DNA of 32,000 nucleotides from Candidatus Iainarchaeum sp. (GCA_028713935.1 JAQTNI010000005.1:7582-39581); one strand, 5' to 3'; positions 1 through 7,889 are shown, numbered from the stretch's first letter. Program-made: numbers and translations. The notes: generated by a model not told the origin, from the sequence alone.

Positions 1-10
1 GCATTAAATT

Positions 11-610
11 ATGGAACTTGAGTTTAAAAAGAACAGGATTTTTCTTGAAAGGGAGCTTTCAAATCTTGACAAATTAGTTGTCAGGTTCACAAAAATTTTG
101 CACAGGCTTGGAATTGATTATGTTATTATTTCTGGTTACATTGCAATTTTGTTTGGCAGAAGCAGGCATACTGAAGATGTTGACCTGTTCATTGAAGAAA
201 TGCCATTTGAAAAATTCAGGCAATTCTGGCAAGAGCTTGACAAAGAAGGCTTTGAGTGCATGAACACTTCGAATGTTGAAGAAGCTTACACGGATTATTT
301 GAAAGAAATGCTTGCATTGCGTTTTTCTGAAAAAGGAATGATTCAGCCAAATTTTGAATTAAAATTCCCAAAAACAGATTTGAACCAATACTCCCTGAAA
401 AACAAGATAATTGTCGAAATAGGAAAAGAAAAGCTTAACACTTCAAAAATTGAATTGCAAATTGCCTTCAAGTTGTATCTTGGTTCTGACAAGGATATTG
501 AGGATGCTGTTCACTTGTGGGAAATGTTTAAAGGCAGTTTGAATATGGAATTATTTAATGGGTTTACAAAGAGATTGAAAGTAGAAGGTAAAATAAGATT
601 GTTAAAGTGA
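11..610 (+). CDS. Nucleotidyltransferase-fold protein (minimal NTase / AbiEii-like), 199 aa
   Basis: Complete ORF. The N-terminal segment ISGYIAILFGRSRHTEDVDLFI fits the G-[SR]...D-x-D pattern of Pol-beta-superfamily nucleotidyltransferases. Assignment is by motif only. Confidence 0.55.
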   Translation: MELEFKKNRIFLERELSNLDKLVVRFTKILHRLGIDYVIISGYIAILFGRSRHTEDVDLFIEEMPFEKFRQFWQELDKEGFECMNTSNVEEAYTDYLKEMLALRFSEKGMIQPNFELKFPKTDLNQYSLKNKIIVEIGKEKLNTSKIELQIAFKLYLGSDKDIEDAVHLWEMFKGSLNMELFNGFTKRLKVEGKIRLLK

Positions 611-616
611 TTTTTT

Positions 617-775
617 ATGGAAAAATTCCCAAAAATTGATTTGTCTGAATTGAAAAAAGAAATGGAATTAAACAGGCAGCAAAGGCTGGAGTTTGTAAGG
701 GTGTATGCGGAATGGCTCAAAAAAACTCCAAACAAAGTCTGGAGCAAACAACAGGCAAAATACATGGATAAATAA
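617..775 (+). CDS. Small hypothetical protein, 52 aa (MEKFPKIDLSELKKEMELNRQQRLEFVRVYAEWLKKTPNKVWSKQQAKYMDK)
   Basis: ATG lies 7 nt after the stop of the NTase-fold gene on the same strand. The product is predicted helical and charged. It is below the 60-aa ORF-track cut-off. The overlapping minus-strand ORF 511..765 is low-complexity and looks spurious. Confidence 0.4.
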   Translation: MEKFPKIDLSELKKEMELNRQQRLEFVRVYAEWLKKTPNKVWSKQQAKYMDK

Positions 776-805
776 GCTAGTTTTTCTACTTTTTTGGTTT
801 TGTTT

Positions 806-1537
806 ATGGCTGATGTGAAAAAAATTGTGAAAGAAAGTTATTCCAAAATAGCAAAAACAGGCCGCGGTTGTTCCTGCAATGCAAGCAAAGAAGATATTTC
901 AAAGCAGATTGGTTACAGTGATTCTGAATTGGCCAATGTGCCTGAAGCCAATATGGGCCTTGGCTGTGGCAATCCGACTGCTCTTGGGGAAATAAAACAA
1001 GGGGACACTGTTCTTGACCTTGGAAGCGGTGCCGGAATCGATTGTTTTTTGGCTTCAAAAAAAGTCGGAGAAAAAGGGAAAGTAATTGGAGTTGACATGA
1101 CTGAAGCAATGGTTGAAAAGGCAAGAAAAAACGCCGAAAAGTATAGCTACAAAAACGTTGAATTCCGCCTTGGAGAAATTGAAGCCTTGCCAATTGAAGA
1201 AAAATCAATTGATGTTATCATCAGCAACTGTGTGATTAATCTTTCCCCTGACAAGGAAAAAGTCTTCAAAGAGGCGAGGCGCGTTTTAAAAGAAAACGGC
1301 AGAATGTATGTTTCCGACATTGTTCTTTTGAAAGAGCTTTCGAAAGAGCAGAGAAAGGACAAAAAATTAATTGCAGGCTGTGTTGGCGGTGCGCTTTTGA
1401 AAGAGGATTACCTTGCAATAATAAAAAAAGCAGGCTTGAAAGCAAAAATCCTGCACGAAGACAAGCAAATAAGCAAGACACAATACAATGGCATCGCGCT
1501 TGAAAGCCTAAAACTGGAAATTACGCTTCAGAAATAA
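806..1537 (+). CDS. arsM: Arsenite S-adenosylmethionine methyltransferase (ArsM-like class I SAM methyltransferase)
   Basis: SAM motif I is [11 protein letters not shown]. ArsM-type conserved Cys contexts are [15 protein letters not shown] and IAGCVGGAL, plus an N-terminal CSC. ATG at 806 is preferred over the TTG at 794 used by the track. Confidence 0.8.
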   Translation: MADVKKIVKESYSKIAKTGRGCSCNASKEDISKQIGYSDSELANVPEANMGLGCGNPTALGEIKQGDTVLDLGSGAGIDCFLASKKVGEKGKVIGVDMTEAMVEKARKNAEKYSYKNVEFRLGEIEALPIEEKSIDVIISNCVINLSPDKEKVFKEARRVLKENGRMYVSDIVLLKELSKEQRKDKKLIAGCVGGALLKEDYLAIIKKAGLKAKILHEDKQISKTQYNGIALESLKLEITLQK

Positions 1538-1568
1538 TCCTTCGCCTTTCGACGCCAGTTTTGGATGT

Positions 1569-1898
1569 TCATGCAAGCGCTGTTGCTTTTTCCGGCTCGA
1601 TTTTTTCCATGGCATTTTTCATCAGCTTGTTGTCCAATTCAATTAGCTGTTTAACAACTGGGTTTTTTTTGTTGATTTTGTACATTTGTGCCTTGCCAAC
1701 CTTGCGCGTGAAAGTAACCACGCCTGTTTCTTCTAAGTTGTTCCAAAAGCCTTCCAAAGTATTCCAGGAAACATTGGCGTTCTTGCCAATGTCCTTTTTT
1801 GAATAGTCAAAAATGTCATTCTCTACTAAAAAGTCAAGCACCCTGATTATTGGATAGTCCCCAAAAAATTCCACAAACAAAGATTTATCTTCACTCAT
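1569..1898 (-). CDS. Winged-helix DNA-binding transcriptional regulator, 109 aa
   Basis: IRVLDFLVEN...YSKKDIGKNANVSWNTLEGFWNNLEETGVVTFTRKVGKAQMYKIN is a typical archaeal wHTH (helix-turn-helix plus beta wing). It is convergent with arsM. Confidence 0.6.
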   Translation of the reverse strand: MSEDKSLFVEFFGDYPIIRVLDFLVENDIFDYSKKDIGKNANVSWNTLEGFWNNLEETGVVTFTRKVGKAQMYKINKKNPVVKQLIELDNKLMKNAMEKIEPEKATALA

Positions 1899-1925
1899 AA
1901 ATTACCAACAATTATCAATTTTATA

Positions 1926-1948
1926 TTTGTTTATAACTTTGTTTATAA
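1926..1948. promoter_or_regulatory. Direct repeat TTTGTTTATAA x2 (period 12) in an AT-rich divergent promoter region
   Basis: Perfect 11-mers at 1926-1936 and 1938-1948, between divergent genes 1569..1898(-) and 2011..2286(+). They are TATA-like or operator-like. Confidence 0.3.
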
Positions 1949-2010
1949 TCTAGTATAACACAATTACAATATAAATAAGTTTAAATATTTTACTCTTAAT
2001 ATTTCAATAA

Positions 2011-2286
2011 ATGAAACTTTCTTCTTTTGAGATTAGGCGGAGAATTTTGCATAAAATGGTTAGGCATAATTTGTGGGGCAGCAAGCACACTGCCTTTGAT
2101 AATATTCCAAAAGGCCTTCCAAAAGAGCTCTGGAAGGATGTCAAAAACGAGCTGGAACAGCTTATAAGAGAAGGTTTTGTTGTAAAAAAGCCCACTGGCT
2201 ATGGTTTGCATGTTTCACTTAATGTTGGCATGAAGGCAGAGATTGAGAAAATAATTTTTGATAATCATTCAAGTTTGGAGGCGTAA
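2011..2286 (+). CDS. Small hypothetical protein, possible winged-helix fold, 91 aa
   Basis: Complete ORF with ATG. The C-terminal LEQLIREGFVVKKPTGYGLHVSLN resembles a wHTH recognition helix plus wing. No firm family assignment. Confidence 0.45.
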   Translation: MKLSSFEIRRRILHKMVRHNLWGSKHTAFDNIPKGLPKELWKDVKNELEQLIREGFVVKKPTGYGLHVSLNVGMKAEIEKIIFDNHSSLEA

Positions 2287-2288
2287 GA

Positions 2289-2579
2289 ATGTGTGGGTGG
2301 ACACACATAATTTTGGAAGCTTACTGTAGCAGAAAGTGGAGCACAAAAAAGGACAAGCATCTTTACAAATTGGTTGATTCAAAGAGCCTTAAAATGGAGA
2401 AAGAGCCTAATCCCAATTATGACCCGAATTATAAGACTCCGAAAAAGCCAAGCTATTGCCCAAATCTTCCGCGCTACATTTGCCTTGAAAAGAATTGCCA
2501 TCACTTGGCATACACTGATGCTTTGGAGGGAGACTATCACTTTCTGGACAAAAAATATAACAAAAGCAAGCGTAAATAA
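2289..2579 (+). CDS. Hypothetical Cys/His-containing basic protein, 96 aa
   Basis: ATG lies 2 nt after the stop of the preceding ORF, suggesting translational coupling. CPNLPRYICLEKNCHH is a possible metal-binding motif. A small GC hairpin (TGCCC-TCG-GGGCA) follows the stop. Confidence 0.4.
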   Translation: MCGWTHIILEAYCSRKWSTKKDKHLYKLVDSKSLKMEKEPNPNYDPNYKTPKKPSYCPNLPRYICLEKNCHHLAYTDALEGDYHFLDKKYNKSKRK

Positions 2580-2689
2580 TTTTTTGCCCTCGGGGGCAGT
2601 TGGGCGAACTGAGCCACTTGTATTTTTAATTATTTTTTGGCGTTTTTTCCTTCGATAGCTTTTTATTTGGCAAATTCCTTTTTGTTGGC

Positions 2690-4819
2690 ATGCAGAAAAA
2701 GGTTTTTTTTGCTTTTTTTCTCTGCTTGGCTGTCCTTTTCAGCGGCTGTGCAGAGCAGCCACAGGGAGACCCAAACAGCAATCCATTTGGCGGAAATCCC
2801 GCTGGGCCTGGGCAGTATGATCCGCAGGGAGAACATTCTTCCTGCACTGATGATTCCCAGTGCATTATTGACAATTGTTACGGCTGCATTTTCAAAGGAG
2901 AAAAATTAACTGACCAGTGCGCCCAGATTGTTCCTCCTGATTGCAAATGCATTCAGGGTTATTGCAATCCAGGGCCTCCGGGAAATCAAAAACCAGGAGA
3001 ACAGCCAAATACAGGGCCTGGCCAGCCTCAAATAAATCCAAATGCGCCTCTGCCTGGCCTGCCAGAAAATTTTCCTGAAAGCAAATTTGTTTCAAAAAAA
3101 TTGGATGCTGTTGAAATAACTTATTTTTCAAGCGCAATTGCAAGGGGCCTGACTGAAAATGGGGCTGATTTTTTCATTGGTCTCAAAAACACTGGAACTT
3201 CAAAGGCAAGCCTTTGCTTTGATTCGATGAATGGGGAATTCAAAAAGCCAATTCCAGAATGGAACCTGCATTTTTTTTCAATGCAGGACCCGCCAGTTGA
3301 AATCGCTCCAGGCGAAGAAAAAAGATTATGGTATTTTTCTTCTGTTGATGCTGAAGGGACTTTTGCTTTGACTTTCAAAATCTGGAACTGCGGAGATAGT
3401 GCTGATTCAATTGAAATTCCAGTCACTTTCGGTTCAACAGGCGAGAGCTTTTTTGGAAAAGAAACAAGTTATATTTCAGGAACCGTAAAGGATGAGCAGG
3501 GAAGCCCTGTTGCAAATGCGCGTGTAAGCGCAATAATGAACTGTGGCCGATTAAATTTTTACGGCAGTGCAGATGATTCCGGCAATTATTCAATTCCCCT
3601 TCTTGGAATGGAGGACATTGATGCAATTTATCTCGGAAAGCAGCTTGCCTGCGATTCAACTGATTATTTTGTTTCAGTGGAGCAGGAAGGTTATGAATAT
3701 TATTTCAAGGGCAATATTGCCCCAACCAGAAAAGATCCGAAAAATCTTGACATTGTTTTGAAAAAGAAAATTTCTTCGGCAAATTATTCCCTTGAATGGG
3801 AAAAGCAAGTTCAGGACAACTTCGGTTTTTTTTGGGTAAAACCCTCTTCTGATTGGAGTGTTTTTGCTGCAGCTCAATCAAAGCACCCCCCTGAACTGAA
3901 CAAGCCTGCAAATTTTTACCTGTTTAATTCCCAAGGGGGGATTTTGTGGAAACAGCCAACCGGCAATGAATGCTGGGGAATTGCAATTGCAAAAGACGGA
4001 AGTGAGATTGTTGCGGGCTGCCATGATGGAAAAGTTTATGCTGTTGACAAAAGTGGAAAGCTCCTCTGGACTTCTGATTTTTCTTCAATGGTGAGGAGCG
4101 CATGCATTTCCAATGATGGAAGCAAGGTTCTTTCAGGAGCAATGCCTGCACTGCTTGATGCAAAAACAGGTGCAAAGCAGGAGATTTCCTGGCAGGGAGA
4201 CTGGCTTAGGAACTGCGCCTTTTATCAGGATGATTCCGGCTTTGTCGCAGGCGCAAGAGAATTAACTGGGTTTGATTTTTCAGGCAAGCAGGAATGGCGC
4301 CAGATAATTGGAGAATTCCCCATGTTCTTGGCTGTTGATTCCCAGAACAATGTTTTTGCATCGGGAAAAAGCAGGACTTTTTTCTCATTTGATTCACAGG
4401 GAAACCTGCGCTGGAAACACAGGATTCCGGATCATACTGCAGGAGCAGGGGCTGCAACTCCTGATGGAAGCAGGATTGCATTAGGCACTGTAGGCGGAAT
4501 GGTTTATCTTTTTGACCTGCAGGGAAATCTGCTCTGGAAAAGGGGTACAATGGCTTTTCCAAAATGGGGCGCAACAGGGCATAATGCTGTTGCAATTTCA
4601 GAGGATGGAAAAATAATTGTTGTTGGGACAGCGCCGCAAAACTGCATTACTGCTTTCAATGATAATGGCACAATAATCTGGGAAAAATGCTTTGAACCCG
4701 ATGCCAGCAACAAAGACCTTTTGCTTGGAGTAACAAACATTCAAATTTCAAAAGACAAAAAACAGATAATTGCGGCTTACGGAGACAATTACATCAGGAA
4801 ATTCACTTTGCAGGAATAA
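2690..4819 (+). CDS. Secreted lipoprotein with a Cys-rich/Pro-rich N-terminal region, a carboxypeptidase-regulatory-like domain and a PQQ/WD-like beta-propeller
   Basis: Signal peptide plus lipobox (LAVLFSGC). A 10-Cys module is CTDDSQCIIDNCYGC...CKCIQGYC. SGTVKDEQGSPVANARVSA is CarboxypepD_reg-like. Blade motifs repeat: GKVYAVDKSGKLLW, GNLRWKH, GMVYLFDLQGNLLWK, NDNGTIIWEK. Confidence 0.75.
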   Translation: MQKKVFFAFFLCLAVLFSGCAEQPQGDPNSNPFGGNPAGPGQYDPQGEHSSCTDDSQCIIDNCYGCIFKGEKLTDQCAQIVPPDCKCIQGYCNPGPPGNQKPGEQPNTGPGQPQINPNAPLPGLPENFPESKFVSKKLDAVEITYFSSAIARGLTENGADFFIGLKNTGTSKASLCFDSMNGEFKKPIPEWNLHFFSMQDPPVEIAPGEEKRLWYFSSVDAEGTFALTFKIWNCGDSADSIEIPVTFGSTGESFFGKETSYISGTVKDEQGSPVANARVSAIMNCGRLNFYGSADDSGNYSIPLLGMEDIDAIYLGKQLACDSTDYFVSVEQEGYEYYFKGNIAPTRKDPKNLDIVLKKKISSANYSLEWEKQVQDNFGFFWVKPSSDWSVFAAAQSKHPPELNKPANFYLFNSQGGILWKQPTGNECWGIAIAKDGSEIVAGCHDGKVYAVDKSGKLLWTSDFSSMVRSACISNDGSKVLSGAMPALLDAKTGAKQEISWQGDWLRNCAFYQDDSGFVAGARELTGFDFSGKQEWRQIIGEFPMFLAVDSQNNVFASGKSRTFFSFDSQGNLRWKHRIPDHTAGAGAATPDGSRIALGTVGGMVYLFDLQGNLLWKRGTMAFPKWGATGHNAVAISEDGKIIVVGTAPQNCITAFNDNGTIIWEKCFEPDASNKDLLLGVTNIQISKDKKQIIAAYGDNYIRKFTLQE

Positions 4820-4871
4820 AAAAAAGAAAAAATTCCAGCCCCATAAGAGCTGGTTGGTTTGCTGTTTTATT

Positions 4872-5747
4872 TTACTGTATTTCGAACTGGACTGTTACTG
4901 TTGTTGTCAGTTCTATGTCTCCTGCAATTATTGGCGTTGTGACCTTTGACGATTCAGCTGCGCCTGCATCCATGGCTGACCTGTAATAGTAAGGCAGGTT
5001 GATTGCAGAATTTTCGCTTGCACTGTAGACTTTGCCGATTGCAATTCCAAGGCCTTCTGCAATGCTCTGGGCTTTTTCTTTTGCGTTTGCAGATGCTTCT
5101 TTCAGTGCTGAAACCCTTGCTTCTGATTCTTTCGCATTGGACAGGCTGAAGTAAACAGAGTCAATGCTGTTTGCCCCTGCTTCTGAAGCAGCGTCAATTA
5201 TTTTTCCTGTCTGGGCAAGGTCTTTCACTGTCACCTGTATGCTGTTTCTTGTCCTGTAACCAACTGACTCTGATTTTTTTGTCATGTCGTTCCATTGGAA
5301 TTCTTCGTTGAGGGAATAGCCGCTTGTTTTAATGTCACTCTCGGCAATTCCGGAATCTTTGATTGCTTGTACAACTTTTGCAGCTGTTTCCGCATTGTCA
5401 CCCTGGCTTTTTGAAGCGCTTTTGTCAAGAGTTTCAACGCTCAATGCAATTACTGCCTTGTCTGGAGAAATTGTTTTTGTTACAGAACCACTCACTGTAA
5501 CCAGGCGTGGTGTTTCAGCGCTGCCAGTGCTTGCCAGCAAAACTGTGCTGTCAGCAGGGGCTGTTTGCTCTGTGTAACTTGCAAAATCAAGTTTTCCAGT
5601 TGCAGTTGCTATTGGTGCAGTGCTTCCAAGGCTGTTCTGGCTTTCATTGCTCATTCCAATCCAGAATGCCATTCCTGAAACAAACAGAATTGACAATGCA
5701 ATTATTGCTGCAGGCAATACCAGGTTATTTCCAGATTTTTTTTCCAT
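4872..5747 (-). CDS. SIMPL-domain (DUF541) membrane-anchored protein
   Basis: There is an N-terminal TM segment. VTVSGSVTKTISPDKAVIALSVET...ESDIKTSGYSLNEEF...GYRTRNSIQVTV is typical SIMPL/DUF541. The start was moved to ATG 5747, which is preceded by GGGGGTGATAATA. The track ORF extends upstream into low-complexity sequence. Confidence 0.8.
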   Translation of the reverse strand: MEKKSGNNLVLPAAIIALSILFVSGMAFWIGMSNESQNSLGSTAPIATATGKLDFASYTEQTAPADSTVLLASTGSAETPRLVTVSGSVTKTISPDKAVIALSVETLDKSASKSQGDNAETAAKVVQAIKDSGIAESDIKTSGYSLNEEFQWNDMTKKSESVGYRTRNSIQVTVKDLAQTGKIIDAASEAGANSIDSVYFSLSNAKESEARVSALKEASANAKEKAQSIAEGLGIAIGKVYSASENSAINLPYYYRSAMDAGAAESSKVTTPIIAGDIELTTTVTVQFEIQ

Positions 5748-5960
5748 TATTATCACCCCCTTTACACTATAAAAAAGATAGTAGGCTCTTGTTTTAAAAG
5801 GCTTTTTTTTGTTAGCAAAAAAGCTAAAAACATTTTTTTCCAAAAAAACTTGTTTTATTTTTATGGCGAGCATGGCTTTAAATTCTTATTGCAGCACTAT
5901 TTTTTTATCAATTTTTAATGCTAATAATGCGAAATTTTGTGCTATTTGGGGGTTTTTTTG

Positions 5961-6398
5961 ATGGCTAAAGACAAGAATGCTGTAACAGCCCAGCAGACCG
6001 AGGCAGCAGTTGAAGAGGCAAAAGAAGAAAATATTGAACAAAAAATTGAGGAAATGGAAGAATCAGGCGAAGAAATTCCAGAGGACAAATTGCCTTTTCC
6101 AAGGGCAACAATTGTCAATATGCTCAGAAAGCACTTAAGCAGGGGAAAGCAGATTAAAGGCCAGGTAAAAGACGAATTGAATGTCTGGCTTGGAAAAATG
6201 GTCGAAAGGCTTGCAAAAAAAATGGACACTCATCCTTACACTTATGTTGACGGTGGAATGTTCCGCGAAGCAATAGAGCCTTACGAAACAGTCCAGGACA
6301 TTGAAAAGGAAAAAGAAAGAATAATCAAGCAGCTTGAAAGCATAAAAGCAGCCTGCGATGTGCTAATAAACGAAGTTGACCGCAAGTTCGTGAAATAA
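5961..6398 (+). CDS. Histone-fold protein with an acidic N-terminal tail and a coiled-coil C-terminal extension
   Basis: LPFPRATIVNMLRKHLSRGKQIKGQVKDELNVWLGKMVERLAKKMDTHPYTYVDGGMFREAI aligns by eye to helix1-L1-helix2-L2-helix3 of archaeal histones and NF-YB. ATG at 5961 is preferred over TTG at 5937. Confidence 0.6.
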   Translation: MAKDKNAVTAQQTEAAVEEAKEENIEQKIEEMEESGEEIPEDKLPFPRATIVNMLRKHLSRGKQIKGQVKDELNVWLGKMVERLAKKMDTHPYTYVDGGMFREAIEPYETVQDIEKEKERIIKQLESIKAACDVLINEVDRKFVK

Positions 6399-6452
6399 AA
6401 AAATTCTTTTTTTTTAGTTTTTAATCAGGGAGAATTTTCTCTCTCGCTGGAT

Positions 6453-7412
6453 TCAGGCTTGCGGCGCATAATACACTTTTTCTATTTTGAATATTGTTAT
6501 CCAGCTGAATTCTTTTATTATTTCCGGGAATTTTTGGCGGATTTCCCTCATAAGCTCGTGGAACTCTTTCGGGGTTTGCAGCATTGCTTCAAACTCGAGG
6601 TCTGAAACCCCAATTGCTTCTGTTACAAACATTACATTTGTTTTTGATTTTAAATAAGAAATCAGCCTTGAATATTTTTCTTCGGAAAGATTCTGCAGGC
6701 GCAGAAAAACCTTGTGCCAGGTATAGCCGATTTTTGAATAATCAAGCATGATCATATACCCAAGAATGAATTTATTTTTTTCAAGATTTTTTATCCTGTA
6801 TCTGGCTGCCTTGTCTGAAATGCCAAGCTGCTTTGCCATTTCAACAAGGGAAGTGCGGCTGTTCTTTGCAAGAACCTGCAGAATTTTTTCATCAACAGCA
6901 TCTATTTCAGAGCGCGAAAATTTTTGCTCCATCACAAGTTCATGCAGTGTTTTTTCTTTTGTAAGATACCTGTGCGAAATGTGGTGTGCCCTGACAATAA
7001 AAGAAATATCCACTTCTTTAAGGAAAGCCCCAAAATTAAAATTGAGCTCTTTCAATGCATTGTCAAAATCTTTCAAATCCTTTGACCAGAAAACCATTGC
7101 CATGTCATATGCGCCGTCAGTTTTCAGGACCCAGCCTGCATCGGGCATTTTCAGGCAGAATTTTATGATTTCATCTTCATTGTAACTGCCCTGCAGCTTA
7201 ATCCAGAGCCTTGCACTCAGCCTCTGCAGCCTGAAAATATCAATCACTGCATAATAACCAAGAATTATTTTTTCATGCTCAAGCTTCTCAAGGCGCTTCT
7301 TGACAGCCTGCTTTGAAAGCCTGACTTTTTTCGCAAGCGCAGAAACAGGCTGCCTTGAATCAATATCCAGCTCAACGAGAAGGCGCCTGTCTATTAAGTC
7401 CAAACCAAGCAT
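6453..7412 (-). CDS. Tandem-fused double Lrp/AsnC-family transcriptional regulator (two HTH + ligand-domain modules)
   Basis: Module 1 is IDRRLLVELDIDSRQPVSALAKKVRLSKQAVKKRLEKLEHEKIILGY. Module 2 is VDEKILQVLAKNSRTSLVEMAKQLGISDKAARYRIKNLEKNKFILGY. Each is followed by an ~80-aa alpha/beta domain. Confidence 0.85.
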   Translation of the reverse strand: MLGLDLIDRRLLVELDIDSRQPVSALAKKVRLSKQAVKKRLEKLEHEKIILGYYAVIDIFRLQRLSARLWIKLQGSYNEDEIIKFCLKMPDAGWVLKTDGAYDMAMVFWSKDLKDFDNALKELNFNFGAFLKEVDISFIVRAHHISHRYLTKEKTLHELVMEQKFSRSEIDAVDEKILQVLAKNSRTSLVEMAKQLGISDKAARYRIKNLEKNKFILGYMIMLDYSKIGYTWHKVFLRLQNLSEEKYSRLISYLKSKTNVMFVTEAIGVSDLEFEAMLQTPKEFHELMREIRQKFPEIIKEFSWITIFKIEKVYYAPQA

Positions 7413-7454
7413 AAATTAACAATTGTAAAAATCTATTAATAAATTTTTCCTTTT

Positions 7455-7476
7455 ATTCTTAAAATTCTTAAAAATT
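7455..7476 (+). promoter_or_regulatory. Tandem perfect 9-mers TTCTTAAAA x2 (TATA-like or Lrp operator) in the divergent promoter region
   Basis: Copies at 7456-7464 and 7465-7473, about 45 nt upstream of the first micro-ORF ATG. Archaeal TATA boxes are A/T-rich octamers near -26. Confidence 0.35.
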
Positions 7477-7517
7477 ATTATTAATGTGGCAAGCAGCTAT
7501 TAGTAGGTGGTGGTAAT

Positions 7518-7598
7518 ATGCAGAAGTGGATAACTGGCACTGTGGCAAAAAGGCACTGTAAAAATAAAACCAGTGGAGGCTGTTGTTCAAATCTTTAA
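7518..7598 (+). CDS. Micro-ORF A, 26 aa: MQKWITGTVAKRHCKNKTSGGCCSNL (candidate precursor peptide)
   Basis: ATG is preceded by GGTGGTGGTAAT, a strong SD-like motif. It is paralogous to micro-ORFs B-D. Its 3' end is homologous to ORF C at nucleotide level (AGTGG.GG...TGTTCAAAT.T.TAA). Confidence 0.5.
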   Translation: MQKWITGTVAKRHCKNKTSGGCCSNL

Positions 7599-7620
7599 AC
7601 GCAAAACTTGGGGTGAAAAA

Positions 7621-7704
7621 ATGGAAAAGAACTGGATTAAGAATACTTCAAAGAAAAGAGTATCTGCTTGCAAAACTCACGGCGGCATGGCTCCTCTTGT
7701 TTAG
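7621..7704 (+). CDS. Micro-ORF B, 27 aa: MEKNWIKNTSKKRVSACKTHGGMAPLV (candidate precursor peptide)
   Basis: ATG is preceded by GGGGTGAAAAA, the same SD type as the thermosome, Alba and SIMPL genes. It shares the N-terminal K-(N)-W-I, the basic middle and the GG motif. Confidence 0.5.
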   Translation: MEKNWIKNTSKKRVSACKTHGGMAPLV

Positions 7705-7712
7705 GCGATTGT

Positions 7713-7790
7713 ATGGAATGGATTGAATTCAAGAAATGCGAGAGAAACCTCAAGCAAAAGAGTGGCGGCGGGTTCTGTTCAAATTGTTAA
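7713..7790 (+). CDS. Micro-ORF C, 25 aa: MEWIEFKKCERNLKQKSGGGFCSNC (candidate precursor peptide)
   Basis: It starts 8 nt after the ORF B stop, with a weak SD (AGGCGA). The SGGGFCSNC tail is paralogous to SGGCCSNL of ORF A. Confidence 0.45.
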   Translation: MEWIEFKKCERNLKQKSGGGFCSNC

Positions 7791-7799
7791 GTGGAACTT

Positions 7800-7889
7800 A
7801 TGAAAAAATGGGTTAAAGGCTTGCTTGCTGAAAGGCAGAAGAAATCTGATAATAAAAGGTATGCGTCTGCATCAGATATCAGGTTATAG
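7800..7889 (+). CDS. Micro-ORF D, 29 aa: MKKWVKGLLAERQKKSDNKRYASASDIRL (divergent family member)
   Basis: It starts 9 nt after the ORF C stop. It shares the MKKWVKG N-terminus with ORF A (MQKWITG) but lacks the GG/Cys tail. Confidence 0.35.
   Translation: MKKWVKGLLAERQKKSDNKRYASASDIRL

Noticed and set aside
2374-2909. Overlapping alternative-frame ORFs (2374..2658, 2626..2874, 2637..2909) around the lipoprotein start
   Set aside because: They overlap better-supported genes in other frames, and have no motifs or start signals.
7485-7517. 10-codon mini-ORF MWQAAISRWW upstream of micro-ORF A
   Set aside because: It is too short, has no SD, and its 3' end is the GGTGGTGG ribosome-binding site of micro-ORF A. 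It shows no similarity to the A-D family.
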